NCBI GenBank assembly: GCA_011364975.1
Contig: RDOE01000004.1
Span: 3,316-67,315, forward strand
DNA from: Promethearchaeota archaeon
Lineage (GTDB): Archaea > Asgardarchaeota > Lokiarchaeia > Sigyniarchaeales > SOKP01
Reading direction: 5' to 3'
Length of the DNA stretch: 64,000 nt
The translations under genes were made by a program, and so were the position numbers. The notes below the pieces were generated by a model. The model made no database searches. It was not told the origin of the DNA and worked only from the letters and a program-made list of their open reading frames with translations. Positions 21,063 to 31,476 of the stretch are shown here, one piece after another. The stretch's first letter is position 1. Every line of letters begins with the position of its first letter.

Positions 21063-22220
21063 ATGAACAGTTTTGAGAGAATTTGGAGTGCATTGAATTT
21101 AGAGGAACCAGATATGATTCCTACACATACAATTAACATTGATGGTAATGTTTCGGACTTAATATTAGGAAAGCCTGAGAAAACAGCATTTGATGTATTC
21201 AATGAAATGCAACAGCAATATCCTGATGAGTGGGTTGACAAAATTAATGATATTCTTCATGATATCGAAATTTCTGTTATGGCAAAGTCTGTGCGGGCAG
21301 GATATGAATTAGGCTTTGATGGGGTTGGAATCCAATATATTCCTTTCATTATCGAGAACCAAGAAGAGATGACCGATATATTCGGAAAAAGACACAAAAT
21401 TCGCAACATTGATGGAAACGCTTATCCGGATTATTATGGTGGTTATATAAAAAACAGGCAAGATTGGGAAACATATCCAAAACCAGATATGAAAGAAGAA
21501 TATAATCGCGCTAAGAAGCTATATAAAGGAGTCTTACGTAAATGCAAAGATATTAAAGAAGATATCTGTATAATTGCTCAAAATGCCTTAACATCTGTCT
21601 TTCCTCCTGTATGGCAAGGAATGGGCATGACTAACTTCGTCCGCGCCTTAAAAAATGATCCTAAACTAATTGAAGAGCGATTTAGATATACAACTGATTT
21701 CGTTTTGACTGTATTTGAAGCTTATAAGGATTGTGGAGCCAAGATTTTTCTAGAAGGAGGAGACATTGCACATAGTGGTGGACCAATGATCAATCCAAAA
21801 TACTTCGATGAGTATGTGAAACCTTGCCTCCAAGAGGTAGCAGATGCTATTCATAGCTGGGGAGGAAAATACATATTACACACAGATGGAGACATTACTA
21901 GCCAATTGGATTTTATCGTAGAATGTGGGTTTGATGGGTTGCAATGCTTAGAACCTCCTCTTGTAGATTTAAATTGGGTTAAAAAGAACTATGGCGATAA
22001 GTTATGTTTATCAGGAAATATTGATACAAGATATGTCTTAGTAAAAGGTAGCAGAGAAGAAGTATTTGATGCTGTAAAAAAAGCAGTCAAATTTTTAGGA
22101 CCTAATGGCGGAGCGATGATCTCTCCAGCAAATTTTCATCCTCAGATTTCTGTAGATCGTTTAAAATGGATGATTGAAGCTGCTAATAAATTTGGGAAAT
22201 ATCCCCTAACAGAAATATAA
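21063..22220 (+). CDS. Uroporphyrinogen-decarboxylase (URO-D) family protein, MtaA/CmuA-like methyltransferase candidate.
   Basis: 385 aa. The C-terminal half (ILHTDGDITSQLDFIVECGFDGLQCLEP...LCLSGNID) matches the URO-D/MtaA TIM-barrel pattern. Confidence 0.6.
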   Translation: MNSFERIWSALNLEEPDMIPTHTINIDGNVSDLILGKPEKTAFDVFNEMQQQYPDEWVDKINDILHDIEISVMAKSVRAGYELGFDGVGIQYIPFIIENQEEMTDIFGKRHKIRNIDGNAYPDYYGGYIKNRQDWETYPKPDMKEEYNRAKKLYKGVLRKCKDIKEDICIIAQNALTSVFPPVWQGMGMTNFVRALKNDPKLIEERFRYTTDFVLTVFEAYKDCGAKIFLEGGDIAHSGGPMINPKYFDEYVKPCLQEVADAIHSWGGKYILHTDGDITSQLDFIVECGFDGLQCLEPPLVDLNWVKKNYGDKLCLSGNIDTRYVLVKGSREEVFDAVKKAVKFLGPNGGAMISPANFHPQISVDRLKWMIEAANKFGKYPLTEI

Positions 22221-22282
22221 CTAAAAACTCCCATTAATTAGTTTAAAATATAATTACAAAAAAAAAAAGAAATTGTTGAAAT

Positions 22283-22618
22283 TTACTTAATCATTAATGC
22301 TGGAACAATAGATCTGGATTTATATGAATTCTTATACTGGCGTTTGAAGTACCTAGCTAACCTTATCAGAAGAATTGTTCCAACCATTGCCATTGCAAAT
22401 AAGATCAATGTACTATATGGCGTGAATGAGCAATGTGCATAATATCCTAAGTAACATGGTTTACTTGCCTCATCAGGTAGCATAGTAAGGATTCCTGCAG
22501 AAAAACCGCCTGCTATTAATCCGACTATTAATGTTAAGTAAATTAGAATAAAAGTTGATTTTACAACCTTTAATACTACTTTAACTGCTAAATTTTTTCG
22601 TTTCAATTTTTTCACCAA
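22283..22618 (-). CDS. Small membrane protein, unknown function.
   Basis: 111 aa with two to three hydrophobic helices and basic termini. Confidence 0.45.
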   Translation of the reverse strand: MVKKLKRKNLAVKVVLKVVKSTFILIYLTLIVGLIAGGFSAGILTMLPDEASKPCYLGYYAHCSFTPYSTLILFAMAMVGTILLIRLARYFKRQYKNSYKSRSIVPALMIK

Positions 22619-22883
22619 TAAATTGTGTTAATAAAATAGGAGCGATCATCCTCATATAATTCGATGTACCCTCTTAAGATAATAAATCGATAGAAAAAGG
22701 CTTATCAATTGATGGATTTTTACCTTTTTTTAGAATAAAAGCAATAATTTATGATTACTTTATTAGCTAATTGGTTGAAAAAAATCATATTTTCATCCAT
22801 AACTTTAACGGTTTTATTCCCTTCAGTTAGAACTTACTCTTATAACCTGTTCCATTCTTTTTCTAGATTAAAATTGTTTAAAG

Positions 22884-23087
22884 GTGATTATTATAAGTTA
22901 TAGTAAACGATGCCCTTGTCCTAAAATGAATTGTCCTAATCATGGAGATTGTGAGGCATGCCAACAATATCATGAAAAGTCAAATGGTTTACCTTTTTGT
23001 AAAAGAAATCATGGATTCTTTACCAAGATTTTCTACAGGAGAAATTATAAGATGGTTCAGCAATTAATAATGGAGGGGATGCTATGA
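22884..23087 (+). CDS. Small Cys/His-rich protein, probably metal-binding, translationally coupled to a flavodoxin.
   Basis: 67 aa. Sequence CPCPKMNCPNHGDCEACQQYH...LPFC. Its TGA stop overlaps the ATG of the next gene (ATGA). Confidence 0.5.
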   Translation: MIIISYSKRCPCPKMNCPNHGDCEACQQYHEKSNGLPFCKRNHGFFTKIFYRRNYKMVQQLIMEGML

Positions 23088-23548
23088 AGAAAGCTATCAT
23101 CCTATATGATTCCTTGTACGGAAATACTAAAAAAGTCGCTATGTCATTAACTCGCGGATTAGAATCTGGAGGGGTTTATGTAGACGTCATTTCAATTCAG
23201 GAATTAGAGATCAGTGAACTTAATAACTATGAACTTATTGGTATAGGGGGTCCAACTCATTTCCATGGTGCTTCAAAACAAATGAAATCCTTTTTATCCA
23301 AAATTAAACATTTAAGATTGAAAAACAAAGTAGGGTTTGCATTTGAAACGAAAGCAGACTTTAAATTTTCAGGTTCTGCTGCTAAACGTATAGTGAGATC
23401 GTTAAAACAGATGAAAATACCACTTATTCATTCTATAATTACTGGTATAGTTCTTAACAAAGAAGGCCCATTAGAGGACTCAACTTCTAGTAGTATGGAG
23501 CAAATTGGATTAATTATCTCAGAAAAAATGAATAATAAGGTGAACTAA
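23084..23548 (+). CDS. Flavodoxin.
   Basis: 154 aa. N-terminus MKKAIILYDSLYGNTKKVA, then IGIGGPTHFHG. Confidence 0.75.
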   Translation: MKKAIILYDSLYGNTKKVAMSLTRGLESGGVYVDVISIQELEISELNNYELIGIGGPTHFHGASKQMKSFLSKIKHLRLKNKVGFAFETKADFKFSGSAAKRIVRSLKQMKIPLIHSIITGIVLNKEGPLEDSTSSSMEQIGLIISEKMNNKVN

Positions 23549-23711
23549 CTAAATGAACACTCAAGTTTTGCTAAGTCGAATAAAGTGGATATTATTATCC
23601 GGAGGGGCTTTATTTTTCTGTATTCGAGCAATTGGCCTTGCTAGTTCAGGGGGAGATTGTTTTGGAACAATAAATCCTCTCCTTTCATGAATTCTCTTAA
23701 TCTCAGAGGTC

Positions 23712-23894
23712 TTGATTTCAGGAACTGCGGCTATCGCTGGAGTAATTGGATTAATTCAATGGCTCATGTTTAAAAAACAGGATATTGAAATATCTGATAA
23801 AGGTTTAAGAAAAGTAATAGTATTTACGGGAATTACTGCATACATAATTCATTGTATAAGAGTCGCAATTTGGATTTTATTTTGCGTAATATAG
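23712..23894 (+). CDS. Small two-helix membrane protein. It may be longer; see the 23553..23894 entry under noticed_but_rejected.
   Basis: 60-aa hydrophobic ORF with a TTG start in the ORF track. The same frame stays open upstream to ATG 23553 except for one TGA at 23688..23690. Confidence 0.35.
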   Translation: MISGTAAIAGVIGLIQWLMFKKQDIEISDKGLRKVIVFTGITAYIIHCIRVAIWILFCVI

Positions 23895-23920
23895 ATAATA
23901 TTCAATCTAAATCTTTTTTT

Positions 23921-24832
23921 TTATTTGTATAATAACTTTTCCTTCCATGTATCAAAATAATATACATTGGACATGATATCGAAAAGTAATGATTCAACTT
24001 TTTCTCTTTTTATATTCTCAACTAAATCTGTAAGTTCTTTCATCGTATTAACCCACACCCAACACACGATAAGATTAGGAAGATTGCTAAATGTCCAACA
24101 ATAGAAGAGATGCGGATAATATTTTTCATTTAATTCTTTTGCTAATTGAACTTTATCTGTCATGGGTTTAGTAGATACCTGGAAAAAAGCGAAAATGTCA
24201 TTAGATTCTTGAGGATTAAAGTTAATAGTCAACTCAACAATACCTTCATCTACTAATCGAGTTAATCTACGCCTTATAGTATTTGAAGTACTACTTACAT
24301 CATCTGCGATTTCTGAAATAGGTTTCCGTGAGTCCTTATGTAATGAACGAATAATTTCTACATCTAATTTATCAAAATTCATTGTTCCTGACTTTGGGAT
24401 AATATAAGGAACAGATGATTTATATTGAACACCTGATAGGAACCCAATTTTTGGGGATTGTATTTCGGCAGTTTGGGAAACAAATGAAGCATATTCATCC
24501 AATTGGTGAATATTTTCTAACATAGCGCCAATATACATATAATTACGACTTGATAACATTATTTGCCACGTATTATCATGTTCCCCTAACTTGGATATTT
24601 TATTATTAACATCTTGAGATTTACTTTGACCAAAAATGAATGTATAAATAGCATTAATCGCATATGGTTTAATCCTTGTAACAAATCTTTCAATAATTCT
24701 TAAATCAATTAAACTTTGCACTCGTTTAAAAACTGCGTTGACTGATAAATTTAGATATTCTGAAATTTCTCTATACGTTAGTCGAGAATTATTCATCAAA
24801 GCGAGTATTATTTTAAGGTCTATTTCGTCCAT
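23921..24832 (-). CDS. Tandem-domain Lrp/AsnC-family transcriptional regulator.
   Basis: 303 aa. Two HTH_AsnC-like modules: IDLKIILALMNNSRLTYREISEYLNLSVNAVFKRVQSL and LDVEIIRSLHKDSRKPISEIADDVSSTSNTIRRRLTRL. Confidence 0.8.
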   Translation of the reverse strand: MDEIDLKIILALMNNSRLTYREISEYLNLSVNAVFKRVQSLIDLRIIERFVTRIKPYAINAIYTFIFGQSKSQDVNNKISKLGEHDNTWQIMLSSRNYMYIGAMLENIHQLDEYASFVSQTAEIQSPKIGFLSGVQYKSSVPYIIPKSGTMNFDKLDVEIIRSLHKDSRKPISEIADDVSSTSNTIRRRLTRLVDEGIVELTINFNPQESNDIFAFFQVSTKPMTDKVQLAKELNEKYYPHLFYCWTFSNLPNLIVCWVWVNTMKELTDLVENIKREKVESLLFDIMSNVYYFDTWKEKLLYK

Positions 24833-25049
24833 GGCTATGATAAATTAAAAATAACTATTAAATGGTTTCTTATACTTTTTAATTAAGCTTTTTATTGCTA
24901 TAATACTTAGGATTTTTCTAAAATATTCCTCGTAGTTTTATCCCCCATTGACTATATTTTAATTGTATTAGACTACTATTTGCTATAAACTTCTCTACTA
25001 AGCATAGTTAAAAGTATGATTATTTAACGAAAAAAAAGGAAGTTATGTT

Positions 25050-26012
25050 CTAAGTAATTTTATTTTTAGTTACCTTTTTCTCCTTAATAATCATTATAAT
25101 CGCGAAAATCATTATAATCGTTCCTAAAAAATGGTAAATAGTAAAAACTTCATTTAATAATAAGAAAGAGAAGATTGCGGTTACTATTGGCGTTAATGAA
25201 CCAATGATGGTAATTTTACCAATCTGGAAATAGGTTAATGCTTTATACCAGAAAAATAAAGTAAAGCCATAATCAACTCCATTTAAAATAAAGTAAACAT
25301 AATTAATAGGAGTTAATAAAATGCTAACATTGTCTAAAGGGAAAAAGAAAAAATAAGTAGAGATCAATAAGATTCCGCTAAAAAAATTACGAATAAACAC
25401 TACTTGAGAGGAAAAAAGTTCATTTTTTTCCAAGCTAATTTTAGTTAATGTATGAATTAAAGTAAACAGCCCTACTGTGAAAACTATTAGAATTACACCT
25501 AGATTTAATTCAATAATATTTAAAGATCCTTGAGTTACCGCCAATATTAAGCCAAAAAAGAGGATTACACAAAATACAATTTGAAGTTTACTTATACGCT
25601 CATTTAACATAAAATATCCAAAAATTAATGCAAATATAATCTCAGATTTTGAAGCAAGCGCACTATTAATAGATCCTGCCAATGAATAACCAATATATAA
25701 AAATATCGGAATAAATGAAAAACCTATTACGATTATAATTAATAAAATTAGATTATTTTTCTTTTTCCATCCATAAAGCAATAACGATACATTTTCCTGC
25801 TTGGGTGAATTTCTCATTTTTGATTTTAACTTTCTCCTCTCAATTATAAAAATAGGAAAAAAGATAAGAGCTTCAATAAGAGCAGTTATTGCACCAAAAA
25901 TATACGCATCTACGGATGATGGTCTAGCATTTGCAATGACGGGTTGTAATCCCATCAAAAATGCCCCACTAGCACTATATAATAATCCTTTCTTGAAATT
26001 GTAATTCTCCAC
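25050..26012 (-). CDS. EamA/DMT-superfamily transporter.
   Basis: 320 aa, polytopic. N-terminal pattern GLQPVIANARPSSVDAYIFGAITALIEALIFFP parallels 20022..20966. Confidence 0.7.
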   Translation of the reverse strand: MENYNFKKGLLYSASGAFLMGLQPVIANARPSSVDAYIFGAITALIEALIFFPIFIIERRKLKSKMRNSPKQENVSLLLYGWKKKNNLILLIIIVIGFSFIPIFLYIGYSLAGSINSALASKSEIIFALIFGYFMLNERISKLQIVFCVILFFGLILAVTQGSLNIIELNLGVILIVFTVGLFTLIHTLTKISLEKNELFSSQVVFIRNFFSGILLISTYFFFFPLDNVSILLTPINYVYFILNGVDYGFTLFFWYKALTYFQIGKITIIGSLTPIVTAIFSFLLLNEVFTIYHFLGTIIMIFAIIMIIKEKKVTKNKIT

Positions 26013-26068
26013 GTTATAAGAAAAAAATTAATTAAGAATTAAAAATTTGGGAAATATACAAAATCCTT

Positions 26069-26929
26069 ATGGAAAAGAACTTGTATATGGATGTAAATAA
26101 AAACTGGTTCAAAGATAAGATTAATACCTTTCTTGAAAACGATCAAAGTAATAAAATGATTAGGCTTGATGGATCCTACATATTCGAACCAAACGTGTTA
26201 GTTGGTATCGTGTCGGGTGATGATCCTATCTACATAAAATATAAAGAGATTATTGGGGATTTCCATCTTACGCCCTCAGAAGCATATGAATGGTATTGTA
26301 AAAAGCAAAACAAAGAGAATTCTACACAAGAATTAAGCGTAATTGCCTATATCCTCCCTATTAATCAAAGGACAAAGGATGAGAACTTTACTTATTCTAA
26401 AGAAATGCCCTCAGAGCGATGGGCTCATACTAGATTATTTGGAGAGCAGGCAAACATGAAGCTTCAAACATACTTGGTGGAACAACTTGCTAAATTAGAA
26501 ATAGATGCCTTTGCACCCGCTTTAGATAATAATTTATTTAAAATTAATAGAACTATTTGGGCTTCTAACTGGTCCCACCGCCATAGTTGTTTTGCTGCGG
26601 GATTAGGTACTTTTGGATTGTCAGATGGATTTATAAATCCTCGAGGCAAAGCCATGAGATGTGGATCTATTATAATTAACTTAAAATTACCCTCAGATGC
26701 TAAAAATCGAGCTTCTGACCCCTATGAATATTGTAATTATTGTGGAGATTGTATCATTAGATGCCCAGTAAACGCAATATCCTTTGAAAATCGTCATGAT
26801 AAAATAGTATGTTCTAAACATGTAATGGGTACGATCCCTTATATACAAAAGAACTACGGAATAAATATTTACGCTTGTGGGTTATGTCAAGTGGCGGTAT
26901 CATGTTCGGATGGAATTCCTAAAAAATAG
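26069..26929 (+). CDS. QueG/reductive-dehalogenase-like 4Fe-4S protein (epoxyqueuosine reductase family).
   Basis: 286 aa. Cluster motifs CNYCGDCIIRCPVNAI and ACGLCQVAVSC. The central motif WSHRHSCFAAGLGTFG is typical of the family. Confidence 0.6.
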   Translation: MEKNLYMDVNKNWFKDKINTFLENDQSNKMIRLDGSYIFEPNVLVGIVSGDDPIYIKYKEIIGDFHLTPSEAYEWYCKKQNKENSTQELSVIAYILPINQRTKDENFTYSKEMPSERWAHTRLFGEQANMKLQTYLVEQLAKLEIDAFAPALDNNLFKINRTIWASNWSHRHSCFAAGLGTFGLSDGFINPRGKAMRCGSIIINLKLPSDAKNRASDPYEYCNYCGDCIIRCPVNAISFENRHDKIVCSKHVMGTIPYIQKNYGINIYACGLCQVAVSCSDGIPKK

Positions 26930-26948
26930 AAAAGAAAAAATCTAAATA

Positions 26949-28766
26949 TTATTTTTTATAAGTTCCAAATTGAGGAAAACTTCTTAGCTGAGCGGAATTA
27001 AAGACAGGTCCGTCTTTACATACAGAGATATTGTTATCTTCACCAATGCAACACGAACCACACAATCCTACTCCACATTTCATTTTGCGCTCTAAACTAG
27101 CTTGAACCTCAATCATTTTTGAATCCGCAATTTCAAGAACTCGCTTCATCATAATCTCTGGACCGCATGTGATTATTAAATCAATTTTCTCGCTATTAAT
27201 AATCTCTTCCATTGTATCTGTCACCAGGCATTTTTTTCCGATAGAGCCATCTTCTGTTGCACACATTGTGCTTGGAATTAAATCTATTAGCCGATCTGCA
27301 AAAATCAAAGATGCATCATCCTTTGCCCCGATTGTGACAAATATATTCTTTTTATTGCGCTTTAAGGGGTTTATCAAGGAGGTTAATCCAGCAATCCCCA
27401 TTCCTCCTCCAACGATTAAAATATTTTTAGCATCCTCGTAATTGAATGAAGTCCCGAAAGGACCTCGGATTCCAATTTTTTCCCCAATCCTCATTTCAAA
27501 TAACTTGGAAGTCCCTTCCCCAATCTTCTGAACGGTGATTTCAATTTGGTTTCCCTCTACATTAGAAATAGACATAGGTAAAAAATCGTAATCCGGTATC
27601 CATAATATAATAAACATTCCAGGACGATACGCTTTTGCAATTCTTTCATTTCTAAGTATAAAACTTTTAATTTCGGAAGAATAACTTATAATATCTTCAA
27701 TTTTTACGATATCTGTTTTGTTTCTAGTTATATCCAAAATTAATCCTTCTTTATCTTTTTCAAGTGGTTGGGTTTCTAAGATTCCTTTTCTTATAGCTAA
27801 ATCAAATAGCTGCTTACCTTTTTCAGTTCTTATTATTGCGGTATTCCATCCATTAGAACTGCCAAACTCGCCAACCGATATATCAGCAAATGAGGCGGTA
27901 TAATCTGAACAAGAAAAACACGCTTTTCTAATAGCCTTATCGTAAAGATAATTTAAGGGAATATTCACAGTATTCGTATTAGTCTTAATTAATAAATTGA
28001 AATTATCCTTATCAGTAATTATCGATTTGATTTCATTTTCTATGATTCCTTTTTCTTTATAAATCTGATTGAGTATCTGATTGTAATAAGTGCCTGTACA
28101 AAATGTTCCAATCGTTAAGCTCACTAAATCATATGCCTCAAAATCAAAGCCAGGATGATTTTGTAGTTTTCTTAAAGCCTGAATTTGACATGGAGTTCCA
28201 ACAATTGCAATATCACAATAGTTCTGATTGATTGCTTTTCCAATTAATGATAAAACAGGTCCCTGAGATGGTTTATAACCTACACCTTTCACCAAGTCTT
28301 TAGTTGATTCTGCAATAAATGGAGATGGTCTGAAATTTTCATCCTTATCTGTAATAATTGCTGCATCTATTATTTTAGCTTTCATTGCAGAATGTAATAA
28401 CCCAGTAAGAGGACCAGCTTCATTAGGAAGTTCTTCTCGGGCTTTATCGGTTAACTTAATTGATATTATCTCTAAATAATGACCAAGAATTTTATCTTGC
28501 TTTTTCTGGAAAACCCATTGATCTAAGAGACTTATAGGGAAATTTTCAATTTCTGTTTTAGGGCATAAATTATAACAAACACCAAAACCATCCCGACACG
28601 TATTGATGTCTTTACATGAACCATCTTCAATAGGAACTTCTTTTTCTCGATCAAATTTAATATTATCACAGAAAGCCCCACAAGCTCCACAATATACACA
28701 TTTTCCGCTATTAATAACCTCAGAAACAAGTTCGTTCCAACCTTTTTGCGCTTTATTTATAAACAT
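26949..28766 (-). CDS. Fusion protein. The N-terminal part is F420-hydrogenase/dehydrogenase beta (FrhB/FdhB)-like. The C-terminal part is a PyrK/SudB-like FAD/NAD(P)-binding domain with a 2Fe-2S cluster.
   Basis: 605 aa. N-terminal Cys cluster CVYCGACGAFC...CYNLCPK. Central motif GTPCQIQALRKL is FrhB-like. C-terminal ILIVGGGMGIAG (Rossmann) and MKCGVGLCGSCC (PyrK-type cluster). Starts 2 nt after the OFOR gamma gene. Confidence 0.7.
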   Translation of the reverse strand: MFINKAQKGWNELVSEVINSGKCVYCGACGAFCDNIKFDREKEVPIEDGSCKDINTCRDGFGVCYNLCPKTEIENFPISLLDQWVFQKKQDKILGHYLEIISIKLTDKAREELPNEAGPLTGLLHSAMKAKIIDAAIITDKDENFRPSPFIAESTKDLVKGVGYKPSQGPVLSLIGKAINQNYCDIAIVGTPCQIQALRKLQNHPGFDFEAYDLVSLTIGTFCTGTYYNQILNQIYKEKGIIENEIKSIITDKDNFNLLIKTNTNTVNIPLNYLYDKAIRKACFSCSDYTASFADISVGEFGSSNGWNTAIIRTEKGKQLFDLAIRKGILETQPLEKDKEGLILDITRNKTDIVKIEDIISYSSEIKSFILRNERIAKAYRPGMFIILWIPDYDFLPMSISNVEGNQIEITVQKIGEGTSKLFEMRIGEKIGIRGPFGTSFNYEDAKNILIVGGGMGIAGLTSLINPLKRNKKNIFVTIGAKDDASLIFADRLIDLIPSTMCATEDGSIGKKCLVTDTMEEIINSEKIDLIITCGPEIMMKRVLEIADSKMIEVQASLERKMKCGVGLCGSCCIGEDNNISVCKDGPVFNSAQLRSFPQFGTYKK

Positions 28767-28768
28767 AA

Positions 28769-29368
28769 TTAATTTTTTGCCCCCTTTAATTGTTTTAGAA
28801 ATTCATTTGCCTCCTGCTTGCCTAATTCAAAAGCTTCTAAATTTTTATCAAGAGTAGCAGCAGGCACAAATTTCTTGATAGTTTCAATAGCAGATTCTTC
28901 AGAAAATATACCTGAAAGGATGGTAAAAATCCCAAATAAAATGGAATTTCCAAAAACCATATTCCCAAATTTCTCCACTGCCATTTTTTGAACAGGAATG
29001 CCAATAGCTTTATTAATTCGCTTTACTGATCGAAATTTTTGGATTGTAGAGGTGTCCCATACTAAAAATCCAGAATTTTCATTTATCTTAAGATGATCTG
29101 ATTTAACATCACCTGCAGCCTCCTCTGAAAGTATAATAAGGAAGTCATAGGGTTGCATCGCTTTTGGATAATCTATTAATTTAACTTTTTTATCTAAATC
29201 TATAACTATTTCTGCCCAACATTTTCCTCCACGAGCGGATGAACTATAAGCCTCAGTTTGGGTAGCTGCTAGGTCTTCATATAATGAACTCGCAGTAATT
29301 ATCATTTTTGAAAGCGTTATTACCCCTTGTCCCCCAAATCCTACAATTCTAACTTCATACCTACTCAA
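28769..29368 (-). CDS. 2-oxoacid:ferredoxin oxidoreductase, gamma subunit.
   Basis: 199 aa. N-terminus VRIVGFGGQGVITLSKM is typical of the OFOR gamma domain. Confidence 0.85.
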   Translation of the reverse strand: MSRYEVRIVGFGGQGVITLSKMIITASSLYEDLAATQTEAYSSSARGGKCWAEIVIDLDKKVKLIDYPKAMQPYDFLIILSEEAAGDVKSDHLKINENSGFLVWDTSTIQKFRSVKRINKAIGIPVQKMAVEKFGNMVFGNSILFGIFTILSGIFSEESAIETIKKFVPAATLDKNLEAFELGKQEANEFLKQLKGAKN

Positions 29369-29370
29369 AT

Positions 29371-30288
29371 TTAATCTTCCTCCATAGCCCTTTTCTGAAT
29401 TTTAGCATATTCTTCTGAATATTCGGGTTTACTATTATCGTATCGAAATTCACCGATAATATATCGATTAAATAGTTCATCATCGTCCATAAATCTTGCT
29501 TGATTTTTTCTTACGCTATTTCGTTTAATCCAATCGATCATTTTTCCTCCTGTATCCATTTTACTACCTTGAATACCTAAATATTCAGCACCTAAACTAT
29601 CAAGATTTTTACTCCCAAAATATGTTAAACAAGGAGTAATGACTTCAATTATAGAAGTACCTTTATGGTTTAATGCTTTTCTAAAGTATTTCATAAGAGT
29701 TCGCGGATGTGCTACTGTTATTCTCGCAATATACGATGCACCTGCGGCTAAAGCTAATTTCACAGCATCACTTCTATTTTCGAAGGTTTTATAAGTGGAA
29801 GTAGTGCTTTTTGAGCCATACAACGTGGTTGGGGCACCTTGACCACCTGTCATACCATAGATACTGTTATTAAATATAAGGATAACACAATCAACATTTC
29901 TACGGCAAATATGAATGAAGTGATTTCCTCCAATTCCTAGACTATCCCCATCACCTGTGAATATGATAGGTTTTAATTTAGGGTTTGCTAATTTAATACC
30001 TGTAGCTATTGCTGGTGCTCGACCGTGTAATGCAAAAATTTTTTGAGAATTGTGATGTGCAAGTGTAACTAATTGGGTATAACAACCAATTCCTATAATT
30101 AATGGAAAGGATAAAGGATCTAATTTATCATCCTCAAATACCCGAGTAAATAGGTGACCAATAATACCATATCCACACCCCGCACAAAAAAGAGAATTAT
30201 AACTGCCAAAAAGAAATCCTCCAAACGAATGTTGGACATATGGATGATCTGGTTTCTCTGTGGGATATCTTGGACCTAAACCTGACAT
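29371..30288 (-). CDS. 2-oxoacid:ferredoxin oxidoreductase, beta (TPP-binding) subunit.
   Basis: 305 aa. Motifs CAGCGYGI and GDGDSLGIGGNHFIH (TPP motif). Confidence 0.85.
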   Translation of the reverse strand: MSGLGPRYPTEKPDHPYVQHSFGGFLFGSYNSLFCAGCGYGIIGHLFTRVFEDDKLDPLSFPLIIGIGCYTQLVTLAHHNSQKIFALHGRAPAIATGIKLANPKLKPIIFTGDGDSLGIGGNHFIHICRRNVDCVILIFNNSIYGMTGGQGAPTTLYGSKSTTSTYKTFENRSDAVKLALAAGASYIARITVAHPRTLMKYFRKALNHKGTSIIEVITPCLTYFGSKNLDSLGAEYLGIQGSKMDTGGKMIDWIKRNSVRKNQARFMDDDELFNRYIIGEFRYDNSKPEYSEEYAKIQKRAMEED

Positions 30289-31472
30289 TATTTTGATACC
30301 TCCTTAATAACATTTAAAATCTCTTCTGGATGATGAAACTCACCCACTTTGGGAATTTTAACTATTGGAATTTCAAGTTTCTTAACTCTTTCTACTTGCT
30401 CAGCAATAAATCCTGTATAATTTAATTCAGGTACAATGATTGCTTTGGCATTTTTTATAACCTCCCTAACTTTTTTATCAGGAAATGGCCATACTGTTAC
30501 TAACCTAAATATTCCAACTTTTATTCCCTGCTCCCTTGCAATATCAACAGCTCGATAACTAGCTCTCACGGGCAGCCCGTAAGCTATAATAATTATTTCT
30601 GCATCCTCTAATCTATATTCTTCAGTTATCGAAATTTTATCGATATTGGAAATTATTTTTTCAATTAACATTTCCATAAACTCTAATGAATTAGATGTTG
30701 GAAGTCCTGCATAATTGTGGGGTAGATGAAGAGATGTAGGTGGGAAATATTCCGTACCGGCTATTGGAGTCTTTGGGATAACATACTGACCAGTCATATC
30801 ATCTTTATAAGAAAAAAATTTTGTATAATCTTGAGGTAGTTCACGCTTAATCACTTTCTTAATTATTTCTTCTTTCGGAGGAATATAAACTGGTTCATGA
30901 AGATGTCCTAAATAAGCATCAGAGACAATAAATACAGGGCATCGATAAGTTTCCGCAAAATTGAAAGCTGTTATGGTTAATTCGAAAAGTTCTTGGCAGT
31001 TCATTGGTGCGAGTGCGATGACTTGAAACTCTCCATGACCTGCAAAACGTATTAATCCTAAATCGTTATGGTGAGGTGAAGTAACAGGTCCATGACTACC
31101 AGGGCCAACGCGTTGAACATCACACAAAACAAAAGGAATTTCAAGATTTGCCGCCATTGAGATCGTTTCAACCATTAAAGAAAGACCAGGACCCGAAGTT
31201 GCTGTCATTGCTTTTACACCGGCTAAGGATGCTCCAATAACAGCATTGATTGATGCTAATTCATCTTCCATTTGAATACAACTTCCACCAACTTCTGGTA
31301 ACCGTTTAGTGAGATGCTCTATAACCTCAGTTGAAGGTGTTATTGGATAACCTCCAAAAAAGTTCAAACCTGCAGCTAATGCACCTTCTGACATAGCTAC
31401 GTTCCCCATCATGACATATTTACCTTCTGGTAGATACCTTTTATTATTCTTTATACTCATCTTTTTTCTCAC
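30288..31472 (-). CDS. 2-oxoacid:ferredoxin oxidoreductase, alpha subunit.
   Basis: 394 aa. Motifs GNVAMSEGALAAG...GYPITPSTE and TATSGPGLSLM. Confidence 0.85.
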   Translation of the reverse strand: MRKKMSIKNNKRYLPEGKYVMMGNVAMSEGALAAGLNFFGGYPITPSTEVIEHLTKRLPEVGGSCIQMEDELASINAVIGASLAGVKAMTATSGPGLSLMVETISMAANLEIPFVLCDVQRVGPGSHGPVTSPHHNDLGLIRFAGHGEFQVIALAPMNCQELFELTITAFNFAETYRCPVFIVSDAYLGHLHEPVYIPPKEEIIKKVIKRELPQDYTKFFSYKDDMTGQYVIPKTPIAGTEYFPPTSLHLPHNYAGLPTSNSLEFMEMLIEKIISNIDKISITEEYRLEDAEIIIIAYGLPVRASYRAVDIAREQGIKVGIFRLVTVWPFPDKKVREVIKNAKAIIVPELNYTGFIAEQVERVKKLEIPIVKIPKVGEFHHPEEILNVIKEVSK

Positions 31473-31476
31473 CTTG

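Noticed and set aside
23553-23894. A possible fifth Sec or readthrough gene. ATG 23553 and the 23712 ORF share a frame and are separated only by TGA 23688..23690. Joined, they would give a 113-aa membrane protein (...GTINPLLS-U-ILLISEV...).
   Set aside because: The TGA context has no C-x-x-U or other redox motif. I found no SECIS-like hairpin in the short 3' region before the convergent Lrp gene. A shared frame has a 1-in-3 chance by coincidence. Two small ORFs or a decayed gene are equally likely.
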